From an uncultured Porphyromonadaceae bacterium (GTDB lineage Bacteria > Bacteroidota > Bacteroidia > Bacteroidales > Muribaculaceae), in assembly GCA_948467675.1 (NCBI GenBank), contig CAOKFI010000001.1, positions 25,159 to 89,158 of the forward strand: a DNA stretch of 64,000 nucleotides, in the 5' to 3' direction. The position numbers and the translations under genes were made by a program. The notes below the pieces were generated by a model, which ran no database searches, was not told where the DNA came from, and saw only the letters and a list, made by a program, of their open reading frames with translations. Of the stretch, positions 47,652 through 58,251 are shown piece after piece (positions within the stretch are counted from its first letter, which is position 1; every line of letters begins with the position of its first letter).

Positions 47652-49013
47652 TTACAGAAGCGGGGTTATTAGTACGCAAGCGATGAGGACCGGAGCCAGA
47701 TAGCGGATAATGAATCTGATCAATGCCGGCATACGGCTTTGGATGGTGCCGTAGTTGCCGAGTTCCGATATCAGGAGATTCTTCGGTACATACCATCCCA
47801 TATAGATGCACAAAAGCAATGATCCGGCCGGGAGCATTATATTGGATGTGAGATTGTCGAGAAAGTCGAATATGTTGAGTCCGAATATCGTGACATGGCT
47901 CAGCGATCCTTGCGACAACGAGCATAGCGCGCTCAGCACAAACAGTGGTAAAATCACTATAAGGCATGATTTTATGCGCGACATACTGAATCTGTCCTGT
48001 ATGAATTTTACCGAGACTTCGGCTATGGATATGGTCGAAGTGAGGGCGGCAACAGTCAGTAGCAGGAAGAATAAACCGGACCATAACGGTGCGTTGCCCA
48101 TGCGGGCGAACACTTCAGGCAGTGTTACGAAAACAAGGGTGGGGCCGGCCAGTGAATGATCTTCCATGCCGAATGATTTTATTGCCGGAAATATAATGAT
48201 ACCCATCATTACTGCGACAAGCAGATCGAGCAATGATACGGTTACGGCTGTACGCGTCAGATTTGTAGTTCGCGGGTAATAAGCGGAATATGTAATCAAT
48301 ATGCCCATTCCGAGACTCAGCGAGAAAAATGCCTGGCCGAGAGCATTCAGGCATACTCCTGGTGTGATATGCGACAGATCCGGTCTGAGAAAAAAGGCGA
48401 GGCCCTCTTCTGCCCGAGGCAGCGAGAGTGATACCCCACAAAATATGACAAGCAGTATGAACAGCACGGGCATCAATATATTGCTGAGGCGCTCAATCCC
48501 TTTGCGGACACCTCCTATAAGTATGCCCAGATTCAACAGAATCATAATGTATGTATTGATGAGCGGTGCTGTATCGTCCTGAATGAATTCGTGCATGCGC
48601 GCGGAGAACTGCATACCGTAGTTGCCGCCTGTTTCTACAGGAGTATACAGATAGCCGGTTACTGACTGCCACATATATTCGAAGGTCCATCCGGCCACTA
48701 CCATGTAGAAACATAATATGAGATAGGATGTAAGTATGGCTGCGGCTCCTACGATCCACCAATGCGATTTCCGCGACAGATTCCTGAATGCGCCTATGGC
48801 ATCTGTGCCTCCGGCTCTGCCGAGTGAAAATTCGGCGAGCATCACAGGGATGCCGAGCAGCAATATGCAAAGTATATATATCAGCAGGAATGCAGCACCG
48901 CCTCCAGCCTGTGCTTCGGCCGGAAACCGCCATACATTGCCTAAGCCGACAGCTGACCCGACAGTGGCGGCTATCAGTCCGATGCGGGATCCGAATTGTT
49001 GCTTATGCGACAT
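47652..49013 (-). CDS. sodium-dependent transporter, SNF (neurotransmitter:sodium symporter) family
   Basis: 453 aa, polytopic, with the GLGNVWRFP signature. Confidence 0.92.
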   Translation of the reverse strand: MSHKQQFGSRIGLIAATVGSAVGLGNVWRFPAEAQAGGGAAFLLIYILCILLLGIPVMLAEFSLGRAGGTDAIGAFRNLSRKSHWWIVGAAAILTSYLILCFYMVVAGWTFEYMWQSVTGYLYTPVETGGNYGMQFSARMHEFIQDDTAPLINTYIMILLNLGILIGGVRKGIERLSNILMPVLFILLVIFCGVSLSLPRAEEGLAFFLRPDLSHITPGVCLNALGQAFFSLSLGMGILITYSAYYPRTTNLTRTAVTVSLLDLLVAVMMGIIIFPAIKSFGMEDHSLAGPTLVFVTLPEVFARMGNAPLWSGLFFLLLTVAALTSTISIAEVSVKFIQDRFSMSRIKSCLIVILPLFVLSALCSLSQGSLSHVTIFGLNIFDFLDNLTSNIMLPAGSLLLCIYMGWYVPKNLLISELGNYGTIQSRMPALIRFIIRYLAPVLIACVLITPLL

Positions 49014-49111
49014 TGGTGTATCGTTAGATGTTGGTTTGTGCGTGCAAATTTATAAGATATCGGCGAAGTATGGTGAAGAAATTGTATTTTTGTGATGATA
49101 AATGCGGGATA

Positions 49112-49522
49112 ATGAAAGATTTTTTGAAAAATATGCCGCAGTTCCTTGTGTCAGGAACCGTTGTCGCGGCTGTGTTGTATCTGACATTGGCGCCAAAGCC
49201 TTTGCCTGATAATGATATCAATTGGTTCAAGCATACGGACAAGATTGTCCATGCTGTAATGATGGCAGGGGTCTATCTTGCGGTCGCATTGGATTATATA
49301 AAACACCGGCGGCAACCTTGCGGGTTGCCGCCGGCGGCTCTGGGATGTATTCTTGCCGCCGTGATAGTGCTTGGCGGATCTATAGAGTTGCTTCAGGGAG
49401 CTATGGATATGGGGCGCGGATGCGATCTGTATGATTTTATAGCCGATTCTGCCGGCGCATGTTCGGGCTATCTGATATCCATGCGATATTCCGGGCGGAT
49501 GGCGTCGTGGCTTTACGGTTAA
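49112..49522 (+). CDS. VanZ family membrane protein
   Basis: ATG 49112 (MKDFLKNMPQFLV...) is preferred over 49028, which lies 15 nt from the divergent gene. The protein has 4 TM segments and the DKIVHAVMM motif. Confidence 0.65.
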   Translation: MKDFLKNMPQFLVSGTVVAAVLYLTLAPKPLPDNDINWFKHTDKIVHAVMMAGVYLAVALDYIKHRRQPCGLPPAALGCILAAVIVLGGSIELLQGAMDMGRGCDLYDFIADSAGACSGYLISMRYSGRMASWLYG

Positions 49523-50562
49523 TATTCCAGTCCATCCATTACCTGACGAACGGCATCGCGGAGGCTGTCATCCTGTAGGTCGCGGCTTACGATATTGCCT
49601 TTCGGATCGAATAGAATTATGCACGGTATTCCCGATATGCCGTAAAGATCCGTGGGTATGGCCTGGGCGTTCAGTATCTGCGGCCATGGGAGTTTATGCC
49701 GCTGTATGGCTTCGCGTGTGTTGTCTGGATCATCCCATACCGCAACTCCGAGCACATCGAGTCCTTTGTCATGATATTCATCGTATAGCTCTTTGATTAC
49801 TGCAATCTCGCGTATACACGGTCCGCACCAGCTCGCCCAGAAGTCGACAAGGGTGTATTTCCCTTTTCCGACATAGTCGCTCAGGCGGGATACCGAATCA
49901 TTGTATGTTATTTCGAAGTCGGTGAACATCTGTCCCGGAGATGTGGCCAGTTTGCGCTGCTGGGCATCCAGAAGTTTCTGTATGCGCCGGTGCTTTTTCA
50001 TCGACGGATTGGCTTGTAATGCAGAGTCGAGTTCTTCGGGACTATAGCCGTATGCGTCCTGCAGGAACAGATAATAGCCAATGGGATTGTCCATATTGTC
50101 TTTGGCCAGCAATTCTTTGGCTGTGTTGAACTGTGCAATTATTGCTTCTGCCTGATCTTTTGAGCTTTCATCCTGAGGCAGGGACTGCATCTGCTGTGCG
50201 AGTGACTGATACAGTTCGTCGAAGCGCTGGTAGCGGTCGTTGAGTTCCGATCCGCTTACTATGCCGGCATCATCGACAGATAATGTGCCGGGTTCGAGAA
50301 TGAACATGCCGTGGCGCTCTCCGTCGACAATGAACCGAACCCATGCCGGCTCGGCAATGGCACCCTTGAATGTCAGTATCCTTTCATCGACAACGGTGCT
50401 GTCGAGTTTTTCTTCTGTATCGAAATTGACCAGGTATGCCATGGCGCCTTCGGTGTCGGCAGGCGCCGGAATGGTTACTGTATAGGCTGATCCTCCGTCG
50501 GCTGCACAAGCCGACATGGCCAACATGGCAAGTGATGCCCCTATGATAGATTTCCTTTTCAT
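49519..50562 (-). CDS. TlpA-family thiol:disulfide oxidoreductase (DUF4369 N-domain plus thioredoxin fold)
   Basis: 347 aa with a signal peptide and the active site WASWCGPC. Confidence 0.88.
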   Translation of the reverse strand: MKRKSIIGASLAMLAMSACAADGGSAYTVTIPAPADTEGAMAYLVNFDTEEKLDSTVVDERILTFKGAIAEPAWVRFIVDGERHGMFILEPGTLSVDDAGIVSGSELNDRYQRFDELYQSLAQQMQSLPQDESSKDQAEAIIAQFNTAKELLAKDNMDNPIGYYLFLQDAYGYSPEELDSALQANPSMKKHRRIQKLLDAQQRKLATSPGQMFTDFEITYNDSVSRLSDYVGKGKYTLVDFWASWCGPCIREIAVIKELYDEYHDKGLDVLGVAVWDDPDNTREAIQRHKLPWPQILNAQAIPTDLYGISGIPCIILFDPKGNIVSRDLQDDSLRDAVRQVMDGLEY

Positions 50563-50661
50563 TATGAGTTGACTATAAATTTATAAGTGCAAAGGTACTA
50601 TACTTATGCTGTAAATCGCACTTTTTATGCTTCTGATTTGTTATGATACTGGAAATATGGC

Positions 50662-50669
50662 TAATTTTG
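50662..50669 (+). promoter_or_regulatory. TAnnTTTG -7 box upstream of the acyl-CoA ligase gene
   Basis: TAATTTTG lies 39 nt upstream of ATG 50708. Confidence 0.4.
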
Positions 50670-50707
50670 TCAATTATTTATGCTTATCTTAATAACAACT
50701 CTGTAAT

Positions 50708-52363
50708 ATGGTTACCAGTCTGATTAAGATGATAGAGGATTCCGTGCGTACTAACTGGGATCAGTTGGCGCTTACCGATTTCAACGGATCTTCGTTTCAA
50801 TACCGTGATGTGGCACGCAAGATCGCGAAACTCCATCTGCTGTTTGAACATGCCGGAATCAAAAGCGGTGACAAGATCGCCTTGTGCGGTCGCAATAGCG
50901 CACAATGGTCTGTCGCTTTTCTTGCCGCAGTGACCTATGGCGCTGTCGCGGTGCCGATACTCCATGAATTCAAGGCCGACAACATACACCATCTTGTCAC
51001 TCACAGCGATGCCCGCCTCTTGTTCGTAAGCAATAGCAACTGGGAAAATCTTGACCAATCGGCGATGCCGGGACTCGAGGGGGTGTTCCGTATAAGCGAT
51101 TATTCCCTGCTGATGTGCCGCAACAAGGCGCTCGAGGAGGCTCGTGCCCGTCTTAATGAATATTTCGGGATGCGTTATCCGGAACGATTTACTCCAGAAG
51201 ATGTAAAATATGCTGAGGAGGAACCGGATCGGCTTGCGTTGATCAATTATACTTCTGGATCGACAGGCTTTTCGAAGGGCGTCATGCTGTCGTATCGCAA
51301 TTTGTGGAGTAATGTTCAGTTTACGATCGACGGCCTGACATTCTTGCGTCCGGGCGATGGTATAGTATGTATGTTGCCTTTGGCTCACATGTATGGTCTT
51401 GTGGTGGAATTGCTGCAACCGATAGTCAAGGGGTGTCATGTCTATTTCCTGACCCGCATTCCGTCGCCTAAGGTCATTATGGATGCGTTTGCCACAGTCA
51501 AGCCCAAGCTGATTGTGACTGTTCCGCTTATAATTGAAAAGATTATCAAGACCAAGGTTTTCCCGCTGCTCGACAAGCCATTGATGAAACTGCTTCTGCA
51601 TGTGCCGTTTGTCGATGACCGTCTGCTTGGCAGAATCAAGGATAAGCTGACAGAGACTTTCGGTGGCAATCTACAGGAAATAATTGTTGGCGGTGCCGCA
51701 TTGAACAAGGATGTAGAAGCGTTTCTTAGGCGCATAGGCTTTCCGTATACAGTCGGTTACGGTATGACTGAATGCGCTCCGCTTGTAGCGTATGCGCCGT
51801 GGGATCAGCAGCGTGCCGGATCGTGCGGCAAGGCTGTTGACCGCATGACGGTACGGATCGATTCGCCTGATCCTGAACATCAGGCTGGAGTGCTGTGGGT
51901 GAAAGGCGACAACGTGATGCAGGGATATTATAAGAATCAGGAGGCTACTGATGCTATAATGAAAGACGGATGGATGAATACCGGCGATCTGTGCAATATC
52001 GATGCCGACGGATACATTTATATACGCGGACGTGACAAAAATATGATTCTCGGACCTTCCGGTCAGAATATATATCCTGAAGAGATCGAACAGCGGCTTA
52101 ACAATATGCCATACGTGAGCGAGTCGCTGATCGTCGATGATAAGGATCATAAGCTCGTAGCCCTGATATATCCGGATATAGAATCGGCTACACGTCAGGG
52201 TATATCGATGTCTGATCTGGAGAAAATGATGTCTGACAATGTGACTCAGCTCAATAAGGAACTGCCGTCATACAGCCAGATATCGCGTACCAAAATATTC
52301 CATGAGGAGTTTGAAAAGACTCCTAAACGTTCGATCAAGCGCTATCTGTATACAAATATCTGA
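50708..52363 (+). CDS. AMP-binding long-chain fatty acid-CoA ligase
   Basis: 551 aa with the AMP-binding motif YTSGSTGFSKGV and GYGMTE. Confidence 0.9.
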   Translation: MVTSLIKMIEDSVRTNWDQLALTDFNGSSFQYRDVARKIAKLHLLFEHAGIKSGDKIALCGRNSAQWSVAFLAAVTYGAVAVPILHEFKADNIHHLVTHSDARLLFVSNSNWENLDQSAMPGLEGVFRISDYSLLMCRNKALEEARARLNEYFGMRYPERFTPEDVKYAEEEPDRLALINYTSGSTGFSKGVMLSYRNLWSNVQFTIDGLTFLRPGDGIVCMLPLAHMYGLVVELLQPIVKGCHVYFLTRIPSPKVIMDAFATVKPKLIVTVPLIIEKIIKTKVFPLLDKPLMKLLLHVPFVDDRLLGRIKDKLTETFGGNLQEIIVGGAALNKDVEAFLRRIGFPYTVGYGMTECAPLVAYAPWDQQRAGSCGKAVDRMTVRIDSPDPEHQAGVLWVKGDNVMQGYYKNQEATDAIMKDGWMNTGDLCNIDADGYIYIRGRDKNMILGPSGQNIYPEEIEQRLNNMPYVSESLIVDDKDHKLVALIYPDIESATRQGISMSDLEKMMSDNVTQLNKELPSYSQISRTKIFHEEFEKTPKRSIKRYLYTNI

Positions 52364-52369
52364 TCGCGG

Positions 52370-52738
52370 ATGAATATCGAGGAGATCCGGGAATATTGCC
52401 TGTCGTTGCCGTTGACCACTGAAGATTCGGCTTTCGGCGAGGAGTATCTGTTGTTTCGCGTGTGCGATAAAATATATGCCTGCATAGGACTGGAGCGCCC
52501 TGACTACTTCGTTGTCAAATGCGATGCGGACTATGCGATAGATCTCCGGGATCGCCATGGGGAAATAGTTCCGGCATGGCATTGGAATAAGAGGTACTGG
52601 AATCAGATCAGTCTCCGGGGAAGTCTGGATGATGAATTCATACGTTCGCTTATCAGGCATAGCTATAGCGAGGTGGTAAAGAAACTGACCCTGGCTGTCA
52701 GGGGCTCGTATCCGCAGATTACAGAAGTCAGACAATAA
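52370..52738 (+). CDS. MmcQ/YjbR family DNA-binding protein
   Basis: 122 aa with the N-terminal pattern IREYCLSLPLTTEDSAFGEEYLLFRV. Confidence 0.8.
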   Translation: MNIEEIREYCLSLPLTTEDSAFGEEYLLFRVCDKIYACIGLERPDYFVVKCDADYAIDLRDRHGEIVPAWHWNKRYWNQISLRGSLDDEFIRSLIRHSYSEVVKKLTLAVRGSYPQITEVRQ

Positions 52739-52740
52739 CA

Positions 52741-52789
52741 TTCAATAGCATCGATGGCCGTATCAATTACGGCCATCGATGCTATTGAA
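52741..52789. terminator. 22-bp perfect hairpin, bidirectional terminator
   Basis: ttcaatagcatcgatggccgta (52741-52762) is the exact reverse complement of 52768-52789, with loop tcaat, between convergent genes. Confidence 0.75.
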
Positions 52790-52799
52790 TGTTATAAGG

Positions 52800-53183
52800 T
52801 TATGTGTTAATTGTGTCGGAGTTCTGGTTGTAGGCCTTGGCTACGCATTTCCATTCGCCGTCGAGTTTGAGCAGCAGCAGGAAATCGGTGAAGTCGATGC
52901 GACCGCCCCATTTTTCTTCGAGAACACGCACAACGGCGACAGTTTCCTCAACTGCGAGTACATCTATCCGGGCTTTGAAGTCGGAACCGGCGCCTACGGT
53001 GTCGACATTGTGATAGAATTGTTCGATCGATCCATGTTCGAGCACTCCGTCGAGTATACCGAACAGGACAGCATCGTCGGTAAACAGCTTTTTGGCGTAT
53101 TTGCTGTCGCCTTCGGCCACGCTTTTTACGAAATTTTCAGCCGCTTTGGCCACTGCTTCGTATTCTTTGATGTCGTCTCTCAT
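52800..53183 (-). CDS. NTF2-like (SnoaL/lumazine-binding-like) protein
   Basis: 127 aa with an alpha+beta cone pattern (..VAVVRVLEEKWGGRIDFTDFLLLLKLDGEWKCV). It is preferred over the overlapping 197-aa plus-strand ORF. Confidence 0.7.
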   Translation of the reverse strand: MRDDIKEYEAVAKAAENFVKSVAEGDSKYAKKLFTDDAVLFGILDGVLEHGSIEQFYHNVDTVGAGSDFKARIDVLAVEETVAVVRVLEEKWGGRIDFTDFLLLLKLDGEWKCVAKAYNQNSDTINT

Positions 53184-53337
53184 AATTTGATTGCTTTTTA
53201 TGTGATTTTATGTCGGCAAAGGTATGACAGTATATCACTTATGTCAAGTACCGAAAAATTATTCAGGTATGGAAAATTTTTTCGGTATACTGTATTTCAG
53301 GCATATTACATATCTTTGTCGGATAATATTTTGAAAT

Positions 53338-53697
53338 ATGGCATACGAAAAGAAGATACCTGTAGATCTTGATTGTCCGTTGAGACTTACGATGAGTCTG
53401 ATTGAGTCGAAATGGAAGTCGTGTATATTGGATGAGTTGCGTAATGGCGATCCGATGAGACCGAGCGAGATTCACAAATGCCTTCCCGAAGCAACTCCCA
53501 GGGTTCTGGATATTCAACTCAAAGAGATGGTGGAGGATGGACTCGTGGGTAAGACGATATTTCCGGAGCTGCCTCCGCGGTCGGAATACCATATCACAGA
53601 TCTCGGTAAAACACTGATTCCTATTATAGATGCTATGTTGAGATGGGGAGAGGATCATTATGATATATTCGAGAAAAAATATGGTGCGGGCAATTAG
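53338..53697 (+). CDS. HxlR family transcriptional regulator
   Basis: 119 aa with the CPLRLTMSLIESKWKSCIL signature. Confidence 0.9.
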   Translation: MAYEKKIPVDLDCPLRLTMSLIESKWKSCILDELRNGDPMRPSEIHKCLPEATPRVLDIQLKEMVEDGLVGKTIFPELPPRSEYHITDLGKTLIPIIDAMLRWGEDHYDIFEKKYGAGN

Positions 53698-54106
53698 ATT
53701 ATTGACAACAGTATTTATATCAGTAATATTATGTCATTCGGCTATGGCTCATAGTGTGACGAAGGAACAGATGCATGATGATGGCATTGTGCGCCTGTCA
53801 AAAATAGAAGTGTATCCGCAGTATCGTGATGAGTATATTGAATTGGCAAAAGAGGTCGGTGAGATATCGCTGCTTTCGGAGGCCGGGGTTCTTGCAATGT
53901 ATGCTATGGCCGAGACCGATAATCTGTGTCTGATCACGATTCTGGAAATATATTCAAGTCAGGCGGCATATAGCAGGCACATAGAATCCGGACATTTCAA
54001 AAAGTACAAACGTGAGACCCTGCATATGGTGAAGTCTCTTGAGCTATGTGATCAGACACCGCTTAACCCAAGGAGTGAAATTGCCAATGTCATAAATGCG
54101 GATTGA
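53660..54106 (+). CDS. ABM (antibiotic biosynthesis monooxygenase) domain protein with N-terminal signal/anchor
   Basis: 148 aa (alternative start at 53681) with the hydrophobic leader LLTTVFISVILCHSAMA, then the ABM pattern ..ILEIYSSQAAYSRHIESGHFKKYK. Confidence 0.7.
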   Translation: MIYSRKNMVRAIRLLTTVFISVILCHSAMAHSVTKEQMHDDGIVRLSKIEVYPQYRDEYIELAKEVGEISLLSEAGVLAMYAMAETDNLCLITILEIYSSQAAYSRHIESGHFKKYKRETLHMVKSLELCDQTPLNPRSEIANVINAD

Positions 54107-54107
54107 T

Positions 54108-54761
54108 ATGTATAAAGTGAGGAATATAATATTCGACTTCGACGGTACACTTGCCGATACGGCGCCATTGATCATCGCTACGATGCAGGCTGCCATAAGG
54201 GAATTAGACCTGCCATTGCGCACGAATGAAGAGTGTCGTGCGTCGATAGGTCTGCGTCTTGAGGATATTCCGGCAGCATTGTGGCCTGGTTTACCTGATC
54301 TGAGCGCACGATATGCTGCTGCTTACCGTCGTATTTTCGATGAGATGAAACACCAGTTGCATGTGACTTTATTTCCCGGAGTGTCTGAAACTTTGCGCTG
54401 TCTGAAAGCCGATGGTATAAATATGGCGATAGCCAGCAGCCGCAGTCACGGCTCGCTTGTGGAATATGTCGGCGGATTCGATATGTCCGGTTACTTCGGA
54501 ATGCTGATAGGTGGCAATGATGTCGAGAAGGGTAAACCTGCGCCTGATCCGGTGATAAAGATATTGAATACGTTGGGCTGGAATGCCGCCGACACTCTGG
54601 TGGTCGGCGATGCCGCCGTTGACATCCTGATGGGGCGTTCGGCAGGAACTGTGACCTGTGGTGTGACGTATGGCAACGGTACACGCCGGGCATTGGCCGA
54701 GGCGGGAGCGGATTTTATAATAGACCGATTCGTAGATATAACCGGCTGTCTTGGAAAATAG
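54108..54761 (+). CDS. HAD family hydrolase (phosphoglycolate phosphatase-like)
   Basis: ATG 54108 gives MYKVRNIIFDFDGTLADT (HAD motif I). A later VGDAAVDI motif is also present. Confidence 0.85.
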   Translation: MYKVRNIIFDFDGTLADTAPLIIATMQAAIRELDLPLRTNEECRASIGLRLEDIPAALWPGLPDLSARYAAAYRRIFDEMKHQLHVTLFPGVSETLRCLKADGINMAIASSRSHGSLVEYVGGFDMSGYFGMLIGGNDVEKGKPAPDPVIKILNTLGWNAADTLVVGDAAVDILMGRSAGTVTCGVTYGNGTRRALAEAGADFIIDRFVDITGCLGK

Positions 54762-54827
54762 GTGACATTTGCTATCGGTTCTATCGATTTGCAACCCATA
54801 GATGGTGCTTGTTTGGGCGAAAACACG

Positions 54828-54835
54828 TAACTTTG
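54828..54835 (+). promoter_or_regulatory. TAnnTTTG -7 box upstream of typA
   Basis: TAACTTTG lies 22 nt upstream of ATG 54857. Confidence 0.45.
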
Positions 54836-54856
54836 CAAACTGAAATCAATTTTGGT

Positions 54857-56653
54857 ATGCAGAAAATCAGAAATATCGCCATTATAGCCCATGTGGATCA
54901 TGGCAAAACCACGGTAGTTGACAAAATGCTTTTGGCCGGAAATCTTTTCCGCGACAACCAGACAACCGGAGAACTCATACTTGACAACAATGATCTGGAA
55001 CGGGAAAGGGGTATAACGATCCTGTCCAAGAACGTTTCGATAGATTATAAAGGATATAAGATCAATATAATCGATACTCCGGGGCATGCCGACTTCGGTG
55101 GCGAGGTGGAGCGTGTGCTGAATATGGCCGACGGATGTCTGCTGCTTGTAGATGCTTTTGAAGGGCCTATGCCTCAGACCCGTTTCGTGCTTCAGAAAGC
55201 CATACAGATGGGACTGAAGCCGGTGGTCGTGGTCAATAAGGTCGATAAGCCAAATTGCCGCCCGGATGAGGTGCAGGAGATGGTGTTCGACCTGATGTTC
55301 AACCTCAATGCAACAGAGGATCAGCTTGACTTCCCAACAATATTCGGGTCGGCCAAACAGGGCTGGATGGGCACAGACTGGCAGAAGCCGACTGATAATA
55401 TACTGCCTCTTCTCGATGCTATAATAGAATATATTCCGGAACCGGAAACCCTTGAGGGTCCGGCTCAGATGCTGATCACGTCGCTTGATTTTTCAAGCTA
55501 TGTGGGTCGTATCGCCATAGGGCGTGTGCATCGCGGTGAATTGCGTGAAGGCATGGATATAGCGCTGTGCAAGCGTGACGGTTCCATTGTGAAACAGCGT
55601 ATAAAGGAGCTGCATACATTCGAGGGCATGGGACGCAAGAAGGTGCAGTCGGTAAAGAGCGGCGATATCTGCGCTCTTGTGGGCATAGACGGATTCGAGA
55701 TCGGCGATACCGTGGCTGATCTGGCTACTCCGGAGCCGCTTCCCCGCATAGCTATCGACGAGCCTACAATGTCGATGACATTTACTATAAACGACAGTCC
55801 GTTTTTCGGACGCGACGGCAAATTCGTGACATCGCGTCATATCGGCGACCGTCTTACCAAGGAACTCGACCGAAATCTTGCTCTGCGTGTGACCAAGGCT
55901 GACCACGAGGATGTATGGACCGTGTTCGGACGTGGTGTGCTGCACCTTTCTGTGCTTATCGAGACAATGCGCCGTGAGGGTTATGAATTGCAGGTCGGTC
56001 AGCCGCAGGTTATCATCAAAGAGATCGATGGCCTTAAGTGCGAGCCTGTAGAGTTGCTTACAATCAATGTCACCGAGGAATATTCGAGCAAGATCATAGA
56101 CATGATAACCCGGCGCAAGGGCGAGATGGTGTCGATGACCGCTCAGAACGATCGCGTGCACATGGAGTTTCACATACCTTCGCGTGGTATAATAGGTCTG
56201 CGCAACAATGTTCTGACTGCGTCGGCCGGCGAGGCTATAATGGCTCACAGATTCCTGGAATATCAGCCATGGAAGGGCGATATCGAGCGCCGAACCAACG
56301 GATCGCTTATAGCCATGGAGGCCGGTACGGCTTATGCATACGCTATCGACAAACTTCAGGATCGCGGACGGTTCTTTATATTCCCTCAGGAGGAGGTGTA
56401 TGCGGGACAGGTCGTAGGTGAGAACGCCAAGGACAATGACATTGTAGTCAATGTTACCAAGTCGAAAAAACTGACCAATATGCGTGCATCGGGCGCTGAC
56501 GATAAGGCCCGTATTATTCCTCCGGTCGTTTTTTCGCTTGAAGAAGCTCTCGAATATATAAAAGAAGATGAATATGTCGAGGTGACTCCGAATCACTTGC
56601 GTCTGCGTAAGATCATTCTTGACGAGCTTGAGCGCAAGCGTGCGTCCAAATAA
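54857..56653 (+). CDS. typA: translational GTPase TypA/BipA
   Basis: ATG 54857 (track ORF starts at TTG 54809) gives [19 protein letters not shown]. The DTPGHADF motif is present and the protein is ~598 aa. Confidence 0.96.
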   Translation: MQKIRNIAIIAHVDHGKTTVVDKMLLAGNLFRDNQTTGELILDNNDLERERGITILSKNVSIDYKGYKINIIDTPGHADFGGEVERVLNMADGCLLLVDAFEGPMPQTRFVLQKAIQMGLKPVVVVNKVDKPNCRPDEVQEMVFDLMFNLNATEDQLDFPTIFGSAKQGWMGTDWQKPTDNILPLLDAIIEYIPEPETLEGPAQMLITSLDFSSYVGRIAIGRVHRGELREGMDIALCKRDGSIVKQRIKELHTFEGMGRKKVQSVKSGDICALVGIDGFEIGDTVADLATPEPLPRIAIDEPTMSMTFTINDSPFFGRDGKFVTSRHIGDRLTKELDRNLALRVTKADHEDVWTVFGRGVLHLSVLIETMRREGYELQVGQPQVIIKEIDGLKCEPVELLTINVTEEYSSKIIDMITRRKGEMVSMTAQNDRVHMEFHIPSRGIIGLRNNVLTASAGEAIMAHRFLEYQPWKGDIERRTNGSLIAMEAGTAYAYAIDKLQDRGRFFIFPQEEVYAGQVVGENAKDNDIVVNVTKSKKLTNMRASGADDKARIIPPVVFSLEEALEYIKEDEYVEVTPNHLRLRKIILDELERKRASK

Positions 56654-56654
56654 A

Positions 56655-57077
56655 ATGAAGACAGTTTACCGTTCGCGTATCGACTGGTGGGTGTGGGGTG
56701 TGGTTGTCTTTTCCGCGGCCGTCATATACGTGTGCAGTATAGATATCTCGTGGATATTCACTGCTATTTACGGTACGTTTATCATAGGACTGGAGATCGT
56801 TTCATTTTTTGGCGTGTGGTACACTATCGAAGATGATACCCTGACAGTGTACAATCTTTTCAGACCCCACCGAATGCCGATAAACAAGATTTCGGAGGTG
56901 CGTTACTGCCGTGGCTGTATAGCAGGACCGGCCTTGTCGCTGACAAGGCTGTCGATACAGTTCAAAGACCGGTCGGTGCTTAAAAGTTTTTCGCCGATCG
57001 AAATTTCTCCTAAAGACAGGGATGCGTTTGTGGCTCATCTTCTCCGGATCAATCCGGATATAAATGTGGTCTGTTAG
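56655..57077 (+). CDS. membrane protein with bacterial PH-like domain
   Basis: ATG 56655 gives MKTVYRSRIDWWVWGVVVF. Two TM helices are followed by a small beta-rich domain. Confidence 0.55.
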   Translation: MKTVYRSRIDWWVWGVVVFSAAVIYVCSIDISWIFTAIYGTFIIGLEIVSFFGVWYTIEDDTLTVYNLFRPHRMPINKISEVRYCRGCIAGPALSLTRLSIQFKDRSVLKSFSPIEISPKDRDAFVAHLLRINPDINVVC

Positions 57078-57838
57078 TGCCCGAGTCTTGAATTGACATA
57101 ACGTGCGAGTCCGTAGATGTAGCGGCGGAATCCCGGTCGGTAATACAGCATTCTGTCAAACCATCCGAGATGTTTTGATATCAGTTTGACCATGAATCCT
57201 ACGTAGACCATGGCGAACAGAGTCCCGATACCTACGACATTCCACATCCATCGTCCGAAAAACATGTATCCGGATATTACGGCAAGAGCCACGAGGCAGA
57301 TGTCGATGTAGATCTTGATGTCGGCAAATGGTTTGCCTGTGGCTTTGCTGATTGCAGCCGGAAGGCCTTCGCCAGGCATAGTTATGGAGCCGCACCGCAT
57401 TTCCAGCGCGATGCCGATGGCCATTATAGAGCAACCGGCGATCTGGGTCATGATCTGGGATGCAGTGGAACTGCATGTCATGGCCGATGTCATGGCCATG
57501 TTAAGGTCGATCATAGCACCGAATACGAATCCTATCAGCAGCTGCAGAAGCTGTATGATCTGGAATTTCCGTCGCAATACTATAATCTGTCCGATTACGA
57601 GCAGGCAATTGAGTATGTTCGTATATGTTCCTAATGAAAGAGGTTGTGCCATACCGGCAGAGCCGGCGAGAGTGAATGCAAGCGGACACGATGAAATTAC
57701 GCTGCTCCCGAGATTGGATCGTACGCAAAGTACGACTCCGAGTGTCATTATGAAGAGTGATACAAGCAGCAGGATGTGCTGCCATAGGAATGATACTGTT
57801 CTTTCTTTTGTCGGGAATTTTATACTTATATTGGTCAT
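57074..57838 (-). CDS. polytopic membrane protein (YczE/YitT-like)
   Basis: 254 aa with ~6 TM segments and the N-terminal pattern LGVVLCVRSNLGSSVISS. The family call is tentative. Confidence 0.55.
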   Translation of the reverse strand: MTNISIKFPTKERTVSFLWQHILLLVSLFIMTLGVVLCVRSNLGSSVISSCPLAFTLAGSAGMAQPLSLGTYTNILNCLLVIGQIIVLRRKFQIIQLLQLLIGFVFGAMIDLNMAMTSAMTCSSTASQIMTQIAGCSIMAIGIALEMRCGSITMPGEGLPAAISKATGKPFADIKIYIDICLVALAVISGYMFFGRWMWNVVGIGTLFAMVYVGFMVKLISKHLGWFDRMLYYRPGFRRYIYGLARYVNSRLGH

Positions 57839-57879
57839 GTATGAGATTGGAATTTAATTGCAAAATTAGCAAAGAATCC

Positions 57880-58251
57880 CTACTTCATGAATACGAAATA
57901 TACAGCTAAAATCAGGCAGCAGAATGCTGCGAAATGATTCCAGTGTAGTGCTTCGCCTTTGAAAAACACGACGGTGAACAGCGTGAATATGACAAGGGTG
58001 ATCGCTTCCTGGATTACTTTTAGCTGCATCAGGGAAAACGGACCTCCGTTTTCATGAAATCCGATGCGGTTGGCAGGAACCATGAATATGTATTCGAAAA
58101 AGGCTATGAGCCAGCTGAAAGCGATCACACCAATCAGAGGCAATGCCGCAAACCAGCTGAATTCCTGTTTCATTTTCAAGTGTCCATACCATGCGAATGT
58201 CATGAATGAGTTCGACACTATGAGAAGTAATATAGTGTATATTCCTTTCAT
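57880..58251 (-). CDS. DMT-superfamily small membrane protein (DUF486)
   Basis: 123 aa with 4 TM segments and the FMTFAWYGHLK motif. Confidence 0.75.
   Translation of the reverse strand: MKGIYTILLLIVSNSFMTFAWYGHLKMKQEFSWFAALPLIGVIAFSWLIAFFEYIFMVPANRIGFHENGGPFSLMQLKVIQEAITLVIFTLFTVVFFKGEALHWNHFAAFCCLILAVYFVFMK

Noticed and set aside
50684-51601. Long antisense ORFs opposite well-supported genes, for example 50684-51601, 55493-56596, 16913-17827, 13310-14113, 882-1646 and 27894-28679.
   Set aside because: Each lies fully inside a gene with strong family motifs on the other strand. Their translations are Arg/Ser/His-rich with no recognisable motifs. They are typical shadow ORFs.
52779-53372. 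197-aa plus-strand ORF overlapping the NTF2-like gene and the hxlR promoter region.
   Set aside because: Its translation has no recognisable features and it runs through a bidirectional terminator region. The minus-strand 127-aa NTF2-like product is far more plausible.
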